A stretch of 38,786 nucleotides of DNA. Source: an uncultured Candidatus Peribacteria bacterium (GTDB taxonomy: Bacteria > Patescibacteriota > Gracilibacteria > Peribacterales > Peribacteraceae). The stretch spans positions 1 through 38,786 of the forward strand of contig CAZESZ010000001.1 in assembly GCA_964514855.1 (NCBI GenBank). The letters are read 5' to 3'. Both the position numbers and the translations under genes were made by a program. The notes under the pieces were generated by a model. The model had not been told where the DNA came from. It worked only from the letters and a program-made list of their open reading frames with translations, and did no database searches. Below are positions 33,013 through 37,802 of the stretch, one piece after another (within the stretch, counting starts at the first letter, position 1; each line of letters begins with the position of its first letter).

Positions 33013-34191
33013 ATGAAAACAATCCTCCTCATCAGCCCTTACTGGCAGGAAGAGCACCGATGGATGGTGAGTTCTGTGAAAATGGCGGAGTTGTGGCAAC
33101 GGCTTGGGTACAAAGTTGTGGTTCTGTGTATGGGAAGAACAGAAAAAAAGTCACAAGTCACAAGTCACAAGTTTTTTTCTGAAAAAATATCGGAGACACT
33201 TGAGATCCATCGAGTTCCCGATATTTTTCTTCCCGATCCGTGGAACTACGGCATTGCATGCGGGTTTTCCGGCATTGCACTTCGGCTCGCACGAGAACTG
33301 CGGCCGGACATTATCGTCGTCAACAAAGTCTTGTTCTGGAGCTCCATCGCGCTGCTTCGACTTCGGCTCGCTGGTTTCAAAGTTCTTCTGTTGACCGATG
33401 CGCTCGTCGGAATCACGTGGTGGCCGCGAGGAACGCTTGCGAAAGTCTGTGCTGCGATCTATGCGCATACACTCGGCTGGCTGATCCTCACAGCTGCGAC
33501 GAAGATCGTCTTTTTTCATCCGCAACCCGAAAAAATTCTCCGACGCCTCGGCATCGAAAAAAAATCCATCGTTCTTCCCACAGGTATCGATCCAGCTCGG
33601 TTTCCGTCTCTTCGTCCGGAGCATGCAGGTATTACGGCTACCTACGTCGGCCGTTTGGAGTCCGTGAAAGGTGCCGATGATTTCGTTGCCGCTGGGCTCA
33701 TGGTAAAAAAAGACAAACCAGAGCTCGAGATTCAGGTTGTCGGTTGGTACCCTTCGACCCATTCGACGAGCTCAGGGCAGGCAAGCTCAGGGCAGGCTCA
33801 TCATCCACTTGTTGCTGCGCATGACAGAGACGTGCGGTTCACAGGACTTCGAAAAGATATCGAGGATATTCTGTCTCGGTCCGATATCTTCGTGCTCCCA
33901 AGCTATGCCGAAGGCCTCAGCAATGCCCTCATGGAAGCCATGTCTGCGGGCTGTGCATGCATCGCGTCTGACGTCGGTGGTAACCGCTATCTCATTGAGA
34001 ACGGTGTCTCCGGGTTCCTCTTCCCGGCCGGCGATAGGGAGGCGCTCGCGGCGCATATTCGCCGCTTAGTCGAGGATCCGACGAAGCGCATGCAGCTTGG
34101 ACGAAACGCGCGTGCGAGAATCGAGCAGATGTTCAGTTGGGAAAAAATCGGCAAGCGATACGATGAACTCTTCTCGACCTGGAACGCATGA
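33013..34191 (+). CDS. GT4 (GT-B) glycosyltransferase carrying in-frame repeat inserts
   Basis: Start at ATG 33013 (GTG 32995 is the alternative). Signature EGLSNALMEAMSAGCACIASDVGG. In-frame inserts at 33140-33181 and 33769-33798. Several A/T homopolymers. Confidence 0.8.
   Translation: MKTILLISPYWQEEHRWMVSSVKMAELWQRLGYKVVVLCMGRTEKKSQVTSHKFFSEKISETLEIHRVPDIFLPDPWNYGIACGFSGIALRLARELRPDIIVVNKVLFWSSIALLRLRLAGFKVLLLTDALVGITWWPRGTLAKVCAAIYAHTLGWLILTAATKIVFFHPQPEKILRRLGIEKKSIVLPTGIDPARFPSLRPEHAGITATYVGRLESVKGADDFVAAGLMVKKDKPELEIQVVGWYPSTHSTSSGQASSGQAHHPLVAAHDRDVRFTGLRKDIEDILSRSDIFVLPSYAEGLSNALMEAMSAGCACIASDVGGNRYLIENGVSGFLFPAGDREALAAHIRRLVEDPTKRMQLGRNARARIEQMFSWEKIGKRYDELFSTWNA
33140..33181 (+). 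repeat. 42-nt module inside the GT4 CDS: 10-nt inverted termini flanking (GTCACAA)x3
   Basis: CAGAAAAAAA-(GTCACAA)3-G-TTTTTTTCTG. In frame, translated as EKKSQVTSHKFFSE. AAGT phased at 33148, 33155, 33162 and 33169. Confidence 0.85.
33769..33798 (+). repeat. Tandem 15-nt duplication in the GT4 CDS
   Basis: AGCTCAGGGCAGGCA AGCTCAGGGCAGGCT, translated as SSGQA SSGQA. Confidence 0.85.
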
Positions 34192-35294
34192 AGAAGCTCG
34201 TCATCCTCTCGGCTTTCCTCTCGCCGTATCGTTCGGGTGCTGAGGCGATGGTGGAAGAAGTATCTGTGCGGCTTGCAGACGAATTCGATATCACGATTAT
34301 AACGGCGCGGCTGCGGCGTGATCTTCCAGTGCATGATCGCCTCACCCCTGCCTGTCCGGCAGGCAGGCCCAGCCCCTCTCCCGACAGGAGAGGGGAGAAA
34401 TCACAGGTAAAAATCATTCGCGTCGGTGTCGGGCTGCCGTTCGATAAATGGCTCTATCCTTTCCTTGCGCCACTCACCGTACGTTCGCTGCGGCCAGATA
34501 TCGTTCACGCTGTGCTCGAGACATTCGCCGGACTCGCGCTCTTACTGTGTCGGAGTTCTGCGCGCACCATTCTCACGTTGCAGACGACCAACCGAACGTT
34601 TCTCAAAGGCATGATTGTGCGCTCTCCGCACGTCGTGACTGCCATCAGTGAGGATCTCGCGCGCATCGCGCGAAGTCTTGGGCGAACTGACGTCACGCTG
34701 ATACGGAATGGCATCGACCTCACCGGTATCAACGCTGCGTGCGAGAAAATACCGAAAGATTCCGGATGTGTACTCTTCGTCGGACGATTAGAACCGATGA
34801 AGGGGATCGATACACTTCTCCGGGCATTCGCGCAGGCGATCAAGGGCTTGGATCCTGCAGTACATTTGCGGATCGTCGGTCGTGGATCACAACTTCCAGC
34901 ACTCTCAGCACTGGCTCGTGATTTGGAAATAGATCACCGCGTCCGTTTCGTGGGATACGTTGCTGGTTCCAAGCTCTTTGACGAGTACGCAAAGGCCGAG
35001 ATCTTCGTCGGACTGTCTCGTTCGGAAGCACTTGGCAACGTTTTCCTGGAGGCGCAGTCAGCGGGCTGTGCAGTGCTTACGACTAGGGTCGGAGGTATTC
35101 CGGAAATCGTCCTCGATACCGAAACCGGACTCCTCGTTCCTCCGGACGATATCGACAGTGCAGCGACAGAACTGAGGCGGCTCCTGACGGACACATCTCT
35201 TCGCGCCTTGCTCGCAAACGCAGCGAAGAAGCATGCGCAGCAGTACGGTTGGGACGATATCGCAAGCCGCTACCGAAAAATCTACGCGTCATAA
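34188..35294 (+). CDS. GT4 (GT-B) glycosyltransferase carrying an in-frame twin-hairpin insert
   Basis: 368 aa. Signature EALGNVFLEAQSAGCAVLTTRVGGIPE. ATGA overlap with the upstream stop. GC-rich palindromes 34347-34395 are translated as TPACPAGRPSPSPDRRGE. Confidence 0.85.
   Translation: MKKLVILSAFLSPYRSGAEAMVEEVSVRLADEFDITIITARLRRDLPVHDRLTPACPAGRPSPSPDRRGEKSQVKIIRVGVGLPFDKWLYPFLAPLTVRSLRPDIVHAVLETFAGLALLLCRSSARTILTLQTTNRTFLKGMIVRSPHVVTAISEDLARIARSLGRTDVTLIRNGIDLTGINAACEKIPKDSGCVLFVGRLEPMKGIDTLLRAFAQAIKGLDPAVHLRIVGRGSQLPALSALARDLEIDHRVRFVGYVAGSKLFDEYAKAEIFVGLSRSEALGNVFLEAQSAGCAVLTTRVGGIPEIVLDTETGLLVPPDDIDSAATELRRLLTDTSLRALLANAAKKHAQQYGWDDIASRYRKIYAS
34347..34395 (+). repeat. Two adjacent perfect GC-rich hairpins inside the second GT4 CDS
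   Basis: CCTGCCTG-TCCGG-CAGGCAGG (34347-34367) and CCCCTCTCC-CGACA-GGAGAGGGG (34373-34395). The flanking protein sequence stays in frame. Confidence 0.85.
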
Positions 35295-35331
35295 ATTCTT
35301 AGTGTTTTTTTCGAAGATGTGCGCATCGTAC

Positions 35332-35349
35332 GTCTCTACTGTCTCTACT
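35332..35349. repeat. Tandem 9-mer GTCTCTACT x2 at the 3' end of the DUF35-kinase gene
   Basis: Read directly from the sequence. The second copy contains the stop codon (minus-strand TAG). Confidence 0.6.
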
Positions 35350-36256
35350 TCACGGCGACCAGATCGCGGATCGTTTCCACACAGACACCGAGTTCGTCAT
35401 TGATCAGCATGTGATCGAACAAATGTGCGTGATCCGTGAACGCTCGCAGGTCGGCTTCCGCAACTTTCAGCCGCTCGACGATCTGTTCCTCCGTGTCGCG
35501 GCCGCGCGTACGTAGGCGATGAAGTAGTGCCGAGAGCATCAGGCGTTTGCTCTTACCTGGAGGCAAAAGTCCGCAGCTTAAGACTGCGCGGCGGCCGAGG
35601 GAGTCCACGAGTCCTTGTAACAAATTAATCTCTGTCACGACGATCGGCAGCTTTCCCTTTTTCCAGATCGCTTCGATGTCGCGCTTGCGATAGCCGTAAT
35701 AACGCAGTTCTGACGCAGAAGGCATGTGCGTCCAACTGATAATTTCTTTTTTCGTCACCATCTCGTCGAATGCATTTTTACTCACGTGAACGTACGGTTC
35801 GGTATCGGTCTTCTTTGCGGCGCGCGTTGTCACGATCGGTACTTGCTCGGCGTAGGACCGAAAGAGCGTCATGAGCTGGCGTGCGATCGTCGTTTTTCCC
35901 ACGCCGGACGGCCCGGAAACGGCTAAGACATACGATGTCACGGTGAACGCTGGAGCAGTTTTCTTTTCGACGACGTCGTACTTTAGGTCATTGACGAGCA
36001 GGCCGTTGTCCATCGTACGGATGCGGCGCATGTGTGGCACGACGGTCGCACCGATGGCTGGGGCTGCGCTGCCTCGGGTTAGCTGGGCCATCACTTTCGT
36101 TCCATCTTCCAGGCGAATGAGCGCCGCGACGTACGGTTGCGTACCGAAACCTGTGGGTGGATGACGCACAACCGTAAAGCTTTCGATGACACCGGGCTGG
36201 AGACGTACCTGCTCCAGTTTTTTGATGCGCCGGTGGAGTGCGGGGATGCGGTCCAA
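35345..36256 (-). CDS. DUF35 OB-fold domain (no zinc ribbon) fused to a guanylate-kinase-family P-loop domain
   Basis: 303 aa with a TTG start. The N-terminal ~95 aa (GVIESFTVVRHPPTGFGTQPYVAALIRLEDGTKVMAQL..IGATVVPHMRRI) form a DUF35 OB fold with no Cys. The C-terminal part carries VSGPSGVGKTT, TTR, YYGY, LLPPGKS..RLRTRGRDTEEQI and LINDE, which are guanylate kinase blocks. Confidence 0.7.
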   Translation of the reverse strand: MDRIPALHRRIKKLEQVRLQPGVIESFTVVRHPPTGFGTQPYVAALIRLEDGTKVMAQLTRGSAAPAIGATVVPHMRRIRTMDNGLLVNDLKYDVVEKKTAPAFTVTSYVLAVSGPSGVGKTTIARQLMTLFRSYAEQVPIVTTRAAKKTDTEPYVHVSKNAFDEMVTKKEIISWTHMPSASELRYYGYRKRDIEAIWKKGKLPIVVTEINLLQGLVDSLGRRAVLSCGLLPPGKSKRLMLSALLHRLRTRGRDTEEQIVERLKVAEADLRAFTDHAHLFDHMLINDELGVCVETIRDLVAVK

Positions 36257-36298
36257 AGAAGTGAAAAGTGGAAAGTTGAAAGTGAAAAGTAAAAACAG
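36257..36298. repeat. 7-nt-phased AAGT array (x5) in the thiolase / DUF35-kinase spacer
   Basis: AGAAGTG AAAAGTG GAAAGTT GAAAGTG AAAAGTA AAAACAG. AAGT at 36259, 36266, 36273, 36280 and 36287. Abuts the TTG start at 36256. Confidence 0.85.
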
Positions 36299-36303
36299 AT
36301 CGC

Positions 36304-37446
36304 TTATTCGATGTTCTCAAGGAGATGAACCGTACAGGTGGCACCGACGCCGCCAAGGTTGTGGGCGAGCGCGCGTTTCACGTCCGAGACTTGGTTCTGA
36401 GCCGTGCCCGAGAGCTGTTTGAAACAGTCGAGGACTTGCTTGATGCCCGTTGCCCCGATGGGATGTCCGCAGGCCTTCAGTCCGCCGCTCATATTGATAG
36501 GGAGCGAACCGTCCAGCGCCGCGTCGCCCTGACGGAAGATGCGGATAGCGTCGCCTTCTTCGGCATACCCCAGGTCTTCCAGATGGATGAGCGTTGCGAT
36601 GCTGAAACAGTCATGGAGTTCCAGCGTATCGATGGAATTTTTGTCCCAGCCGGATTCGCTGAGTGCGCGAACAAACGCAGTGCGCGTACTGAGAAAAGAC
36701 GTCAGGCTCTCACGTTCGGTGAGGCTCAGGGACTCGCTTGCAAGTTGCGATGCTGCGATGCGGACCGTGGATTCTCGCTTCGTCGAAAGGATGACGGCGG
36801 CAGCTCCGTCCGAAATCGGCGAGCAGTCCAGAAGTCGCAGTGGATCCGCGACGAGCGGGCTCTTGCTGATGGTTGCGGCCGGAATCTCTTTTCGAAATTG
36901 CGCGTAGGGATTTTTCACCGCGGCGCGGTGCGAATTTTCCGAGACGAGGCTCAGGTCCTCACGCCTCAGGCCGTACCGATGCATGTACGCAGCGGCCGTC
37001 AGCGCGAATATCGAGGGGAACGTAAGGCCGGCTGGTGCATCTTTTTCGGCATCGCCAGCGCGCATGAGCGCACTCGTCACGATGTCGCTCGCAACGTCCG
37101 TGAGTTTTTCTGCTCCGATGACGAGGATCGTCTCAGCTTTGCCGCTCTCTAAGAATGCGCACGCGGTGTGCACAGCCAGACCTCCGGATGCGCAGGCCGC
37201 TTCCACCCGTAGTGACGGTGGACGATGCGGAAGCATGCTGCTCGCGAGTGTTCCGAGGTGCGCTTGTTCGGCAGTTTCTCCGCCGACCATGTTGCCGATG
37301 ACGACGTAGTCGATATCGGTTGGGAGAATCCCGGTGGACTGAATGGCGCCATCCACTGCCTCGCGGATCAGATCCGCAAGTGACTTGTTCCAGAGCTCGC
37401 CGAACTTCGTTTGAGCTCCCCCGAGGACGTACACGGTCTCGCGCAT
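36304..37446 (-). CDS. Thiolase (acetyl-CoA acetyltransferase), archaeal/SCP-x-like type
   Basis: 380 aa. Nucleophilic Cys in VEAACASGG and a C-terminal NLGGVGATC. TAGACT lies 12 nt upstream of the ATG. Confidence 0.88.
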   Translation of the reverse strand: MRETVYVLGGAQTKFGELWNKSLADLIREAVDGAIQSTGILPTDIDYVVIGNMVGGETAEQAHLGTLASSMLPHRPPSLRVEAACASGGLAVHTACAFLESGKAETILVIGAEKLTDVASDIVTSALMRAGDAEKDAPAGLTFPSIFALTAAAYMHRYGLRREDLSLVSENSHRAAVKNPYAQFRKEIPAATISKSPLVADPLRLLDCSPISDGAAAVILSTKRESTVRIAASQLASESLSLTERESLTSFLSTRTAFVRALSESGWDKNSIDTLELHDCFSIATLIHLEDLGYAEEGDAIRIFRQGDAALDGSLPINMSGGLKACGHPIGATGIKQVLDCFKQLSGTAQNQVSDVKRALAHNLGGVGATCTVHLLENIE

Positions 37447-37511
37447 AAAGACCGAGGGAGTCTAACGGAATGGGATGATTTTCGATAGCTTTTGAAAAGA
37501 TGTTTCTCAGT

Positions 37512-37748
37512 CTATTGTTCACCTGAAAAAACTTGGTCAGCTATTTTTGAGGCTTGCAAACTGCTAATAGCCAGCTTTCTGATAATGTCATTCACAGTTG
37601 TCGATTCAGCGCTTGCTCTTGCGCGTATCTGCTCCATCTCGGATTCTGAGAAGACACTGGTAACGCTTTCATCATGCTTACGTGGCACATAAGTATTTAC
37701 AGCGCAGCCGAGTACATTTGGGTACGGTGATCGAGGGGAATTTTGCAT
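37512..37748 (-). CDS. Ribbon-helix-helix (CopG/MobC-like) small DNA-binding protein candidate
   Basis: 78 aa. VTSVFSESEMEQIRARASAESTTVNDIIRKLAI fits a strand-helix-helix pattern. Own promoter TTGCAG-18-TAATGT lies 8 nt upstream. AT-richer segment. Confidence 0.5.
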   Translation of the reverse strand: MQNSPRSPYPNVLGCAVNTYVPRKHDESVTSVFSESEMEQIRARASAESTTVNDIIRKLAISSLQASKIADQVFSGEQ

Positions 37749-37756
37749 ATGTCACT

Positions 37757-37786
37757 ACATTACAGCCATTTAGCAATGTCCTGCAA
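37757..37786 (-). promoter_or_regulatory. Promoter TTGCAG-18-TAATGT for the RHH gene
   Basis: The -10 ends 8 nt before ATG 37748. Lies just downstream of the HMG-CoA synthase stop. Confidence 0.45.
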
Positions 37787-37802
37787 GCGAAAATATCACA
37801 TG

